64,000 nt of DNA from Eledone cirrhosa. Its lineage: Eukaryota. The notes beneath the pieces were generated by a model that had not been told where the DNA came from, searched no databases, and saw only the letters and a program-made list of their open reading frames with translations. The stretch lies in the NCBI GenBank assembly GCA_964016885.1, contig OZ024742.1, forward strand, positions 336,908,001-336,972,000, given 5' to 3'. Positions 51,873 through 64,000 of this stretch are shown piece after piece. The stretch's first letter is position 1. The number at the start of each line of letters is the position of its first letter. The position numbers and the translations under genes were made by a program.

Positions 51873-54544
51873 TGAAATAATAATTTTAGTAAATCCCTCA
51901 AAATTTGTCATTCATTAATTAAAATAGTGTATTCCATTAGAAATGTGGTTACGAAAGGATTAAGTGTTTGGAACAAAAGTTTCTTAAATTAAATGAAAGT
52001 TTAAATACAAATATGAAAAGTTTAAAATCAGAGGTTTTGTATTACAAAACCAGAGGCAGTTTCAGGCAGCTTGATGTCAAAAAGTTAATGGATAAAACAT
52101 CTAACAATTATTATTTTTAAATTAGTAATGTTAGAATTTCAGAGTTGTACTTGTATGGCATGTGAATTGATCTGGGACGATGGTGTTGAAACTAAAGCAA
52201 TTATATTATGGAAAAATTATTTAAGCCATTCAGGGAAGAAAAAGAAAAAACTCAAATTCACTTTACATTTATTTATTTATTTATTTATTTATTAGTGACA
52301 ACATTATTTATTTATTTATTTATTTATTTATTAGTGACAACATTTTTGTTGCACTATTTGTGACCTGGTCACTGACACAGTTTTACTGAAAATCAGTTCT
52401 ACTTGTATTTAAATTTTAATTTGAACTTGTTTGGCAAGTGACTTAATCTGAAACTGTTGAAGTTAAAGCAATTACACCATTCAAAATCACAAACAAAACC
52501 TATTAAATTTACAACTATCATTTATTTCCTGGTGTCAAAATTTTCATTGCAGAGTTTCGATGGAACTGTGTCAATGATTTGGTCGCAAACAGTGAGACAA
52601 AACTGTCAACACCAAGAAATGCATGATAATCATCATCAACACTGTTTAAAATGTATTTTCCATGCTTGCATGGGTTAGGTTGTCAGGTACTGAAGCTAGA
52701 CTAGTCAAGTGATCATATCTTGCTTATCTGCTGCATTTCTACAGCTGGATGTTATTATTAATGCCAACCACATTACAGGTTATGCTGGTAGCATGATTTC
52801 TACAGCTGGATGTCCTTCCTAATGACAACCACCTTATAGTGTGTACTGGGAACATATTGTAACTCTGGCACTACCATCTTCAAATGAAATAAGTATTTCT
52901 GTGTTTTGAATGGCTAAAATGACCCACCCTTCCATGCTGTAAACAGTAATGTGCTGCACTAAATAAATACATATGTAAGTTCAAACCCCACCGAGTGGTT
53001 CAATTCTCCTACAATCTGTGGCCCTGCCCAAAAGAAAGTAATCCTCTTAGTATTTGTTAGACTGAAGAAGAACAAAGCTCAACACAATATGAGGTTGGAT
53101 GGGGTTCGTAAGTGAATTATAATGAAAGGCACGTTTGCATTTCAAATCATTTTGAAAACAAAATCAGGAATTTGGAGAGATTTAGTGATACAACTTACTG
53201 ATTTGGATCACATTAATAAAGGCTCTTACATAAAATTTCAGAACATTTTTAGATAAATATATATACTTTAAAACAGTTTTGTATTGTATAAACAGGGGCA
53301 GTTTCAAATAGTTTGTGATGTAAAGGGTTAAATAGTTTGATTGATAATTTGTAGTGAAATAACATTAAGTGAATAAGGAAGAGCAGTCCTCAAAGGCTAA
53401 ACTAATAGGCTTATTAAGAGGGATATATGGCAGTAGCTACTCAATATAAACCACAAGTTGTAAGAACATGGACATGTGACAGTAGCAGCTCAATATAGAC
53501 TATATACAAGTCTTTAGAGCATAAAATTAGATGTCTTGGAGTATTTGTTCTAGTTTTCTGATCTCTTAGCTCAAAACCAGCAAAAATCAACTTTGCCTTT
53601 TGTCTTTGTGGGATTGCTAAAATACCATCCAAGGCCAGTGGATTGGCAAAATTGTTATAGTACTGGAAGAGATACCTTGCAATATATGTTTGTTTCATGG
53701 GTTCTGAGTTCAAATCCCATCTCCAACCTCAAATAAAGTTAGAATCAAAAGTAGGTTGATATCAAACAGCCTTAAACTGCCTTGGTTAAGTTGTTTCAGA
53801 CACTAGATTAATGAGAACTTTAGTTATATAACTAAATTTTTGATTATTTTCTAAGTGATTAGAAAATGACAGGCAGTGTCATTTGTTACAAATAAGGCCT
53901 GGCCCATGCGAGCATGGAAAAGCAGATGTACAATGCTGATGATGGTAAAAAAAGGGTTAACAAAATTTTTTTCACAACTAAAGATTTAGTAAAACAATTG
54001 TGAGTAATGTTTGTCTTTGTGGCATTAAATTTACATGCCAAGAAATGTGACGAGACATGTTTTAAGCTCACTAAGAATTGTTAAATGTTGATTACATCAT
54101 TCAGAAAGGAAAGAAATAAAGAATTTGTACCATAAGTAAAATAGATAAGAGAGAAATTGGATAGACCTATTAGAAAGCATTGAGTTTATTCTTTGACTCT
54201 TTTACTAATTTCAAATGATCTAGCACATCATATTGATTCAGTACTTACTTTTTTCAAGCCTGGTACTTATTTTATTAATCCCTTTTTATCAGAACACAAA
54301 GTTATGGGACATAAAAGAAAGGTAACTACTAAAAGAGTTGATATCAGGAAATCCACCTGGTTGTAAAACATTATCTCAATCTATCCAGTCCAACCCATAC
54401 CAGCATGGAAAAGTGAACATAAAAAATATATAACATGATTGTGAAGCGAACTTCTTCACACAGCCAAGCCTATATGGCAGTATTTAAAAATGTTCCAACT
54501 ACATATACTCCAATAAAAAAAAAAAAACCTCTTGAGAAAACTAA

Positions 54545-54836
54545 TCTATATTATAAGAGTGCTGTCTGCCTGTCCGTCCATCCCCCCTCCTGTTGCGCTC
54601 ACTTTAGAAGGGGGAGTGCCAAGCAAGAGATATGTATGTATGGAGAGAGAGAGAGATAGTGGAACGTGTGTTTTCGAGGTGACAGAAAGAGGTGGATAGA
54701 CAAAGTTATGACATCACCCTCATCTATATAGAGGGGGGGGGGGGGGGGGAACTAGCGAGCATTCAGACAAGACAAACGGTGAATTAAGATTTGAGCAGGA
54801 AAATCATTGAGGACTTATTTTGCACAGGCCAACTAG
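54545..54836 (+). mobile_element. Short Helitron-like element
   Basis: A|TCTATATTATAAGAGTGCTGTCTGCCTGTCCG ... CACAGGCCAA CTAG|T. Confidence 0.55.
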
Positions 54837-55670
54837 TAATTATATGTATATCCAGTGAAACTGCTTTTTTTTTTAATTTATATTTCAGAGTTGTACTTAT
54901 CTGGCAAATGGCTTTATTTGAGACTGTATATTAAAACTAAAACAATTACTGCATGGAAGAGTCATTTTAACCAATTAAAAACCTACAAAAACTGTTAAAT
55001 TTACCTTATATATATTATTTTTTCTCCTTAAGAAATATTATGTAAAGTTAAGTTTTTTGTGATTTTAAATGGCTAAAATTACTCTTCCATGAAGTAAAAA
55101 TCTATACTGCCAGTTACAAAAGAAAAAAAGACTAAGCGATGTCGATGTACATGTAGCAATGTTTTCAAAGTCTTGGTTATGCTTGAGGTGAATTGGTGAA
55201 AATAGACAGCTTTAATGTCAAGTCATACAATTAATTGCTTCTATATTCTGGAGTAAAGATAGGAACATACTCCAAGACTGTTTAGAGAAGTTAACTTAGC
55301 AGAGTCACTAGCACTTGAGATAAAATGCATTGCTGGATTTGGTCCAGCTTTCTGTGCACTGAGGTCAACTTTGCCACCTTTCAGGGTCAATAAAGTCGAA
55401 GTCAATTAACAGAATTGTTAGTGTTGGGCAAAATATTTAATGGTTGAGACCAAATACTACCACCTGTCACCAGGAAAATGACATGATAGGACTGGAATAT
55501 TAAAACACCAAAGGAATGGACAACTAAAGGGATGCAACCTTAAAGGACGCCAGCTAAACCAACTAGGAGTAAGCTATAACAAGAAGAGTTTGATGCTATT
55601 TAATTCAGTCATTATATCTAAAGATTCTTGATATGAAATTATGTGTTGAACCAGATAGTGTTACACTTTG

Positions 55671-55888
55671 AGAGAGTCATGCTGCTAATGTAAACATATA
55701 CACACCAGTTGAGTTTCACTTCAGTTTTATTATTAGTCAGGAAAAATCAAAGGAGGAGACACAAACCAAAATAGTCATAGAAAAGGTCACAAAATGTGTG
55801 ATGAAAGAGCTATGACAACCATTTAAACAAATAAACACAAAGTGAAACTTAACTGGTGCATGTGATTTTATTGGCAATATGACCCTCC
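55671..55888. mobile_element. MITE-like element with ~55-bp imperfect terminal inverted repeats
   Basis: GAGAGTCATGCTGCTAAT...CACCAGTTGAGTTTCACTT versus AAGTGAAACTTAACTGGTG...ATTGGCAATATGACCCTC. Confidence 0.55.
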
Positions 55889-57101
55889 TCAATTATCTAA
55901 ATAGTCATGTTTATATGTTGAAGCCTGATCAAGATGATTATCATGGTGATCATTAATACCAAACTTAAGTTATTAACCATAGAATTGAAACTATATCAAA
56001 CTAAAAATAGTAAAAAAAAAATCTATCTTTATAGATTGCCAGAAGAGAATACAATATTTATATAATGCTTTATAGAACCTTGATAACAGGTGACAGTGAC
56101 ATGTAACTGAATGGCTAATGGAGATGTTAGGCTACAACATAATGGCAATATATGGAGGCTATGGATATGGTACAAGAAATGAGAAGAGATGTCAAAGATC
56201 TTAGAGTTCTGAGATGCAAATGACATTGATTTGCAACAACCTGAACCCTTACCAATTAGCGAAACTAGACTTCATACTGGCCAGGGAATGGACTAATGAA
56301 CATGAGTTCTTCCCCAATGATAGATTAGTGACTTCAAAATAGGAACTAGATAGATTCAGAAATACAAGAGAATCTAGAGAAGGAAGACAGAAGTTGAAAA
56401 ACAACCCAGTCAAGGTTCAAAGATATTTATACAATAGAGGACAACTGAGTTTCAACACGACAAGCTTCTGTAGGGCTACGCACAAGATCAGTGGATGGGG
56501 CAGGGCTCCAGTGAGACAGGAGGTGACATGGGGCAGGAATGCTACAGAAGTCAATATAAGAGCTTCGGGGATGATGGAGGCAATATCAAGTAGTTAGGAG
56601 AGAAGCTAGGAATCTATGTGTGAGAGAGAGAGAGATGAAAGAATACTGTGTGGAATGTGATACATCAAATGCAAAGAATCAAGTGGGATAAAATACAAAC
56701 AAACAGGACAACAAAGAATCATGCAGTGAAAAAAACCCTGAGTTTAGAGAGGGATGTATCGGTTGTTTGTCACATTCCCCAGTTTTTTTGTTTTTTTTGC
56801 ACCCTTTCTTGTTTTGTCCTGACTGTTTGTACTTTGTCCCAGTCATTTCTTTACATTGATTTATCATCATCATCGTTTAACGTCCATCTTCCATGCTAGC
56901 ATGGGTTATATATATATATATCATCATCATCGTCGTTTAATGTCCATCTTCCACGCTTGCATGGGTTTATATATATATATTAATGTCTGTTTTCCCTGCT
57001 AACAAGAGTTTGATAGATGGTCATAAAACAAGTCAGTAGTTAATCGAAGCAACAATCCTCTCGGATTGGTTGGAAGCTGCATCTCACAAATGCTCCCACA
57101 A

Positions 57102-57950
57102 ACCGCTAAAGGTTTCTCTCTAAAAATGAAAGGCAGGCTGTATGATGCCTGCATACGAACAGCGATGTTACATGGCAGTGAGACATGGGCCTTGTGTGCA
57201 GAGGATCTACGTAAACTGGAGAGGAACGAAGCTTGCGTGCTCCGTTGGATGTGTAATAGTAATATACGCGAACGGCAAAGCATAAATGAACTAAGGGAGA
57301 AATTAGGAATAAGAGGGATCAGATGCTGTTTACTTGAGAGAAGACTACGTTGGTATGGTCATGTGATGCGCATGAAAGACGGCAGCTGTATAAAAAAGTG
57401 CAGGGCGATCAAAATAGACGGTAGCTACGGAGTAGGCAGACCCAGAAAAACCTGGGACGACTTGATAAATTCCGACCTCACACACTTACACCTCTCCAAG
57501 TCAATGTCACTGGACCGAGATCTTTGGCGCTACGCAGTAATACAGAAGACCCGCCTTGCCTAAGTACAAAGCGAAACCTACAGTCAGTAAGCACCTCTTA
57601 ACCAAAATACATCCTCGTCCCACTACCCCTACCCCCCACGCCATCTACACCACCCCTTTTCGATGTAAAGGTATGTTGGTACCACAACATCCAGTCCTAA
57701 ATAAATGAGGCCGTGTAGGTGTCACGACAAAAAAAACACAGTCCACGCTGTAATGTGGCCGTGTAGGTAACACGGTAAAAACCTCCCAGTCCACACTGTA
57801 AACGTGGTTGGTGTTAAGAAGGGCATCCAACCGTAGAAAACCCGCCAGACAGTCCTGAGCAAGACAACTAATCTTGCCTCAAATGAGACAATTCCCGTCC
57901 AGACCCATGCCAGCGTGGAAGATGGACGTTAAACGATGATGATGATGAAA
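57102..57950 (+). mobile_element. Young 5'-truncated RTE LINE (family B) with CCCACAA TSD
   Basis: Stop-free C-terminal ORF to 57563, full 3' UTR and (GAT)n tail. CCCACAA at 57095-57101 and 57951-57957. Confidence 0.92.
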
Positions 57951-58977
57951 CCCACAAGTGTGTATTTTATTGTAATACCAGTAAAAGACGGGTTGTTATG
58001 CCTTGGGCACAACTAAAACACCGTCTCTGCCCTATCAGGGGAGATAGGGCGCTGAAGGTAAGAAGGATGATGATGCCATGGGGGTATGGCAGGTAGAAGG
58101 AGTGAAAAAGTGAGTCATGGGTTTCTTCCATTAAAGTCCCATTCAACCCATGCCAGCATGAAAAGACCAATGTAAAATCGGTATATATGTATGTGTATAT
58201 TTACACACACATGTGCATGTGTGTGCACATAAACACACACAAGATACCTAGTTACATGTTTAAAAAGCACTCAAAAGTTTGAAAAATAATACACATCCAT
58301 CTTTTAAATGAAACAAAATGTACCGAGATCACATCCTGACTAGATTTTAGTAAATGATAGAAAATAAAGCTAATAATGTTTATATCAGCATTGATATATT
58401 TTAGTGAAACTATTATTTTTTTCTATTGCTGACATTGAAGGTGACTTATGTAATAAATTTACTCAAGTTGCTACAATTTTAACTACTAGCCAAGAATTCA
58501 GTTTATCTAATTTTAGAATCTTTGTGAGTTGAGAGAGAAAGAGGTATGTGTCTATCAATCACCCATTACAGTAGATTTTAGTACAACCAAGAGCTAAATG
58601 AAACCAATTATAAACATAACCTTGAGAATATATTTCAGTTCAATAAGCCAAAGTTAAACTAATGATAAAAGTAGAAACTTGACTTTCTTCAATAAAATAT
58701 ATATAAACCAACAAACGTTTTAAGGCTATTTATCCTTAAAATGCATTTATTAAACTTGAGGGCCCCCATGGGTTCTTTTGGGGCACTGTTTCATCATCTG
58801 ATTGTCCTTCCTGATGCCAGCCTTTTCCACCACTTCTTACAACATGCAGGATCAAGGAGTACCTATTCTAAACTGGATTCATATTTATAGGTGTATGTGT
58901 GTAAATAATAATCATAAATCTAATAGATTGCTCTTTATAGATAGCTGCTTTATTCAAATGACAACCCCATCATTGAT

Positions 58978-59188
58978 TTAACCTTTTCATTATCATATTT
59001 TGAATAAAAACACTGATTTTCAAATAATTTTGAAAATAATCTAGAATTGAGGAATTTACTAATATAACTACCTCATTGTTAACAAAGGTTCTGGCATAAA
59101 ATTACGGTGAAAGGTTTCTAGAATAACTTTAAAATTAACAGTTCTGTATTGTAGAACAGGGGGCAGTTTTGGTATAAAAAAGGGTTAA
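58978..59188. mobile_element. TTAA-type MITE family 2; old copies also at about 12930-13175, 17660-17800, 19725-20107, 20808-20932, 26597-26813, 29375-29580, 51880-52087, 53130-53332
   Basis: TTAACCTTTT...AAAAGGGTTAA ends. Recurring internal motifs GATACCAAxCxxCCTGAAACTGCCC and CATTAGAAATATGGTAA. Confidence 0.65.
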
Positions 59189-60158
59189 TCTTAGTGGAAT
59201 AAAATGAAAAAAAGTATTTTTTCCTCAATCCAAATAGTTTCAGGTTTAGTTCCACTTTTTAGCACCTTGGACAAATGTCTTCTATTGTAGCTTTCCACTT
59301 CGATTCCTCTTCTCTTTCAGGCCATCTATATTCTCTACTATACAAGATACATACAGGCCATCTATATTCTCTACTATACAAGATACATACAGCAACTCCT
59401 ATCTGATGAAAAGACTCGGCATTTAATTCAACTAGACCAATAACTAAGCAGATATATATATATATATATATATGGCTGAGTTGTTAAGAGGTTCAATCCC
59501 ACTGCATATTTGGGGAAAATGTCTTCACCATAACCTCAGGCTGATCCATTGAGTGAAATCCAATAGACAGAAAGTGTGAAAGGATTAATTGTACAAGTAT
59601 TTCCAAAGTCCAGCCTTGTCACATATTGTATTATGTTGATTCAGCTTGGGAATTGCATTAAGTGCATACATGTCAGTGGAATACTCAACAACCTTCACAT
59701 TAATGAGTTGGAAGTTGATGAAACAACTGAATGCTCATCAAAACTGATTGAGGATCCATGATATATTTACACACATAAGACTAACACTTACAAGTACAGA
59801 TATGCAAAAACATACTACTACTACTAAACAAAGCTACATAAATTTGACTTAATAAGTACAACCTATTATAATTCTAGGTACCAGAAACACCATCTAATCA
59901 TCAGATAATCTAGATATATTAACAATAACAGGAACAACAACTTTGGATGTCCTTCAAAAAAATGTTACATGTATGCTGTGCCTGCCCCTCTTTCTCTCTC
60001 TTTCTCTCTATGCCCTTGCTACAACCTGTAAAAAAAAAATTCTAAAATGTTCATTTAGAATTTATGCAATACTGATGGAGATGGTGGTGGGGGTTTCAAT
60101 TGTTTTAAAATAGTTTCATTTATTCATACCAGAAATCAGTTCTGTCAACAGTTTTGTC

Positions 60159-60241
<83 letters not shown>

Positions 60242-60289
60242 TTGCAACCAGAGAGAACGAATTAATACTAAGTGCGTGTGCGTGTGTGT

Positions 60290-60900
60290 TGTGCTTTCTA
60301 GGCAACGTAATTAGCAATGGGGGAGGTTGCTCTGAAAGCAAAATAAGAATAGGATGGGAAAAGGTTAGGGGGCTACTCCCACTGATGACCACAAAAGGTT
60401 TCTCCCTACATACAAAAGGACAATTGTATGATGCCTGTGTGCGAAGTGCAATGCTACAAGGTAGTGAAACATGGGTTATGACTGCAGAGGATGTGTAGAC
60501 TGGATAGAAATGAAGCAACCATACTTCATTGGGTGTGCAATATAAGTGTGAGAGAAAAGCTGGGTTTAAGAGGAGTTTGACTAGTGTGTAAGAGAGAAGA
60601 CTGCATTGTTTTGGATATGTGATGCTGTGCTGAATAGGACCCGTCCCACCCTTGCAAGCAGGGAAAAGTGGACATAAAATGATGATGATGATTGGGTGGA
60701 GTACCAGGAAATGCCAGTGGAAGGAAGCTACAATAGAGGTAAACCAAGAAAGACCTGGGCCGAGTTTGTGCTAGTTTACCTCAAATTACAAACTCACAGA
60801 GGTAATAACAAAGAATCATAATGTGTGGAGAGATACCATGCTGAAAAGGACCCGTCCAACCCATGAAAGCATAGAAAAGTGGACATAAAAATGATGATGA
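60290..60900 (+). mobile_element. Decayed RTE LINE 3' fragment with a second RTE terminus nested at about 60620-60690
   Basis: FLGNVISNGGGCSE..RIGWEKVRGLLPL..GSETW, plus two termini. Confidence 0.8.
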
Positions 60901-62289
60901 TGTATGTATGTACATCATATTCCACAAATATAGCATTCTCTAAGTTGGGTAAAGAAAGCAAATACAAATTATTCCATCTGTAAAACAATGGGTTATGTAC
61001 TCATAAAAATACTAATATACAAGTAAATAGAACAGACTTTATTTTTGCAAAAACAAGAATAGAACAAACAAAAGAAAATATAATAGAAGCTATAAAACTG
61101 AATTTATATGAAATATCCAGAAAATTTCCAACCCAAACAAAACATGGCAGGAGAATTTATAATTTTAAAATATTAGAAAGAGTATGTATGAATGAATATG
61201 CAAGCAACTAAAAATATATCATCATCATCATTTAATGTCTGCTTTCCTTGCTAACATGAGTTGGACAGGTTTACATAGACCAAGTCAGTAATGAAGCAGG
61301 GCTACTGATCTCCCAGGCAGACCAAGGGGTCTGCATCCTGCTTGCGTATAGTTACACATTCTATCGAGTATAGAGAAGTTGGCATGTCTTTGTTGACACA
61401 AACTAAAGAGTCCTTTTAACCCCTTGTTTGGCAAGCTTTCTGTAGCTGGATGTCCTTCCTAACACCAACCACTTTATAGTGTGTACTGAATGTGTTGTGT
61501 AGATCACAAACATTACAGAGGTTGTTTTGCCTTAGACAACTAAAAGGCTCCTCTCAATCTTTTTTCTACAGCGAAGTGCATTTCCTGTCGCCAACCATCC
61601 TTGCGGAGTGTACAAGGTGCATTTTTGGAGCACCATCACTAAAGAGATTTTTGGTCATAGACCCAACTGTAGAGACCTCTCTGCTCTGGGAAGGGAGATA
61701 GGCATTAAGTTATAAGTGAATTGGTGGTTTAGCAGGGCAATGAGTAAGGGGTAGGGGTAGCTGATTAGTGTATGGGGAGACGGGGGTAAGTAGTGGTGTG
61801 AGGGGTGTGGTCAACAAAGTGCATGATGAAGAAATAGGTATGGGTAGCTGATTAGTGTATAGGGAGAGGGGATGTAATGGTGTGGGATGTGGTCAATAGA
61901 GTGAAGAGGCATGGTGAATATTCACACACAAGAGTATCACCAGTTAATTGGCAGATAATTAGAATTGGCCAAATCATCCACTTTGCCAATTAACTGCTAT
62001 TGGCATTTTTTGTCAAATTTATTATTATTATTGACAAACATGTATGTTGGAGCAAGAAAACAGGATGACAGAGAAATTAGGAAATATTGGATTCAACATG
62101 TAGAAATACATAGAAACATTAGCACACTCAATCTAAGTGTATTATAAAACTTCCTAGTACTAGAATGTGCTGATCTATACAATTGCAAATTACTTGGGAC
62201 TGCCCAGTGGAGGTAACTCGTAGGTTAAAGGCTATCAAAGTAGAAGAGCAACATTCCTAACCACGTGAGATCTTTTAAAAAAGAAATGT

Positions 62290-63070
62290 TAAAATATAGA
62301 TTCCCATGTTTCGGTGTTGATGTTGGCCTTCTTTGGAGTATCTTTCAAGCAATCTTTAAAGCGCTTGTGTGCCTTGCACTGCAAGCATTTGCCTCGCAAT
62401 AGTTCTCCATACAATACTTGCTTTGGGAGTCTGCTGTCCTTTATGACCTGACCACCAGAGACGGTGTCTCATGATTATGGCCTCAATGCTTCAGACAGGC
62501 TCGCTGCAGCACAATGTCTAGTGTATGAGACCTCCATGAGATTTTGAGGATAGAGCACAAGCATTGTTGGTGGAAATGTTCAAGGCACTGGATATGACTA
62601 AAGTATGTTGTCCATGTCTAACATCCATAGAGCAGGGTTGTAAGCACACATGCTTCATACACTTCAACTTTCATGCACACACTGATATCAGTTACCACAG
62701 GTACTTCTCCAGATTACCAAAAGCATCAGCTTTAGATAGCTGGTAGCTTACCTCTTTATCAAGGGTTCTGGTTCTGGTCAGAGTACTACCCAGGTAGATG
62801 AACTTATCCACAACCTTCAATATTTCCCTTTGACAGATATAAATTGTGAAATATATGGCTTTTTGAGTGCATGCTGGTACATCACCAGTCTTTTTCAGGA
62901 CGTTTGTCAGTCTAAAATCATCACATGCTGCTGAGAAGCAATCCATCAGAAGTTGAAAATTTTCTTCCACATGGCTAACAAGATCACAGTCGTCTGCATA
63001 AAGATCACATATCAGTGTAATATGTTTTTGATGCAGCAAGGAATCACCAGATGTTAAAGAGCCTTCCTGT
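62290..63070 (-). mobile_element. RTE/BovB-like LINE fragment, a distinct family without the PHD insertion
   Basis: LYADDCDLVSH.E...Q.LMDCFSAACDDF.LT...KKT...FIYLGSTL.....LDKEV. Confidence 0.85.
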
Positions 63071-63189
63071 TGTTCGATAACGTGTGCATGAAAGTGTGTG
63101 CATGCGCAGGTGTGCGTGCAAGTGTGTATGCAAGTGAGTGTGTATCTGCCAAAATTGGTCCTGGTGAATGCTTTTAACAAAACTGCAAA

Positions 63190-63769
63190 TCTATATATAA
63201 TATGAAAAAGATGTTGAATGAGAGTTGCAATGCAAACTCGACGAGCACAAAGGTCTCTAAGGCAGAATAAATTGGCTAAGAGCTGCGCTTTTCATATGAT
63301 CCATTGAAAAATTATAGAAATGATCCTAAAGTCGCGATTGGTAGCATGGATATTACTCTTGGCATGTGTTGCTTAGGAGGAACGGCCAGACATCCACTGA
63401 TATAGGACCCTCCAGCTTTATCCATATACTGCTTACAGACCATACTAACGAAACTAAACACTTCAGAAGCAATGTTATGCGGTATATTGCTGCGTTTCAG
63501 ATGACGTCCTTTGGAGCTAAAAAAGATCACACTGACTATAGTTATTTCACATTTAAAATCCAAGGCCAATGCTACCATTTAATCGGCAGTTTACTCCCCC
63601 AGCCTAATAAGGAAGTTTTATGAATGTTTTTTTTTATGCCTCTCTCACACACACACACACTAGTCTCACCTCATACTGTAAACCAGACAACACATCCAAT
63701 ACAGTCGTTTTCTCTTTTATCCATCTTCTCTTAACTGTTCTCCCGGGCGAAACCAGGTACCTCAGCTAG
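63190..63769 (+). mobile_element. Internally deleted Helitron with RepHel N-terminal relic
   Basis: A|TC start. ORF 63366..63623 reads HFRSNVMRYIAAFQMTSFGA...FKIQGQCYHLIGSLLP, a Helitron RepHel motif. Ends CCCGGGCGAAACCAGG...CTAG|T. Confidence 0.88.
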
Positions 63770-64000
63770 TATATATATTTATGTATGTTGATACTTTGTT
63801 CATATTACAAGCATTTCGTTTTTTGTGTGCAGCTTTGCTGTATATTACTGTTGTAATGCTACATGCTCCTTCTTTAACTATTTACTAGCGTGACAACTTC
63901 CACTTTCTCCTTTTTTTATGGAAGTCTATATTCACCTCCATCTGGCATTACCATTTGCACAATTTATTGGCAATGTATCCTGTCCTGTTTCCAATTGAAA

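Noticed and set aside
59318-59390. 36-bp tandem duplication (similarly 52268-52343)
   Set aside because: A simple local slippage duplication with no further structure.
59400-59440. CTGATGA as another hammerhead core
   Set aside because: No stem II followed by GAAA...UH; a chance heptamer.

Overview
AT-rich, repeat-dominated animal genomic DNA. The SINE, RTE-tail and microsatellite content looks like an octopod cephalopod (inference). The window lies in a minus-strand WAC (WW domain-containing adaptor with coiled-coil) gene. Six GT-AG exons (34435-34562, 33426-33502, 30907-31245, 12557-12625, 3142-3319, 1028-1205) splice with matching phases into 323 stop-free codons, running from the WW domain to the conserved HVQGW..HAE.Q motif. 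The first and last exons appear to lie outside the window. The remainder is intronic or flanking DNA packed with decayed RTE-clade LINEs (two families carry a C4HC3 PHD-type finger inside the reverse transcriptase), tRNA-derived SINEs, non-autonomous Helitrons, TTAA-flanked MITEs, a DD37D (maT) mariner-like relic and Penelope-like (PLE) relics. Most notable observations: several minimal type-I hammerhead ribozyme folds from different PLE-like repeat families, one of them on the WAC sense strand; a 73-bp near-perfect hairpin; a nested PLE/Helitron/LINE/maT stack at 39-48 kb; and a 30-bp minisatellite that multiplies the probable branch-point region of a WAC exon. All alignments and folds were done by eye, and TE boundaries are approximate unless termini are stated.
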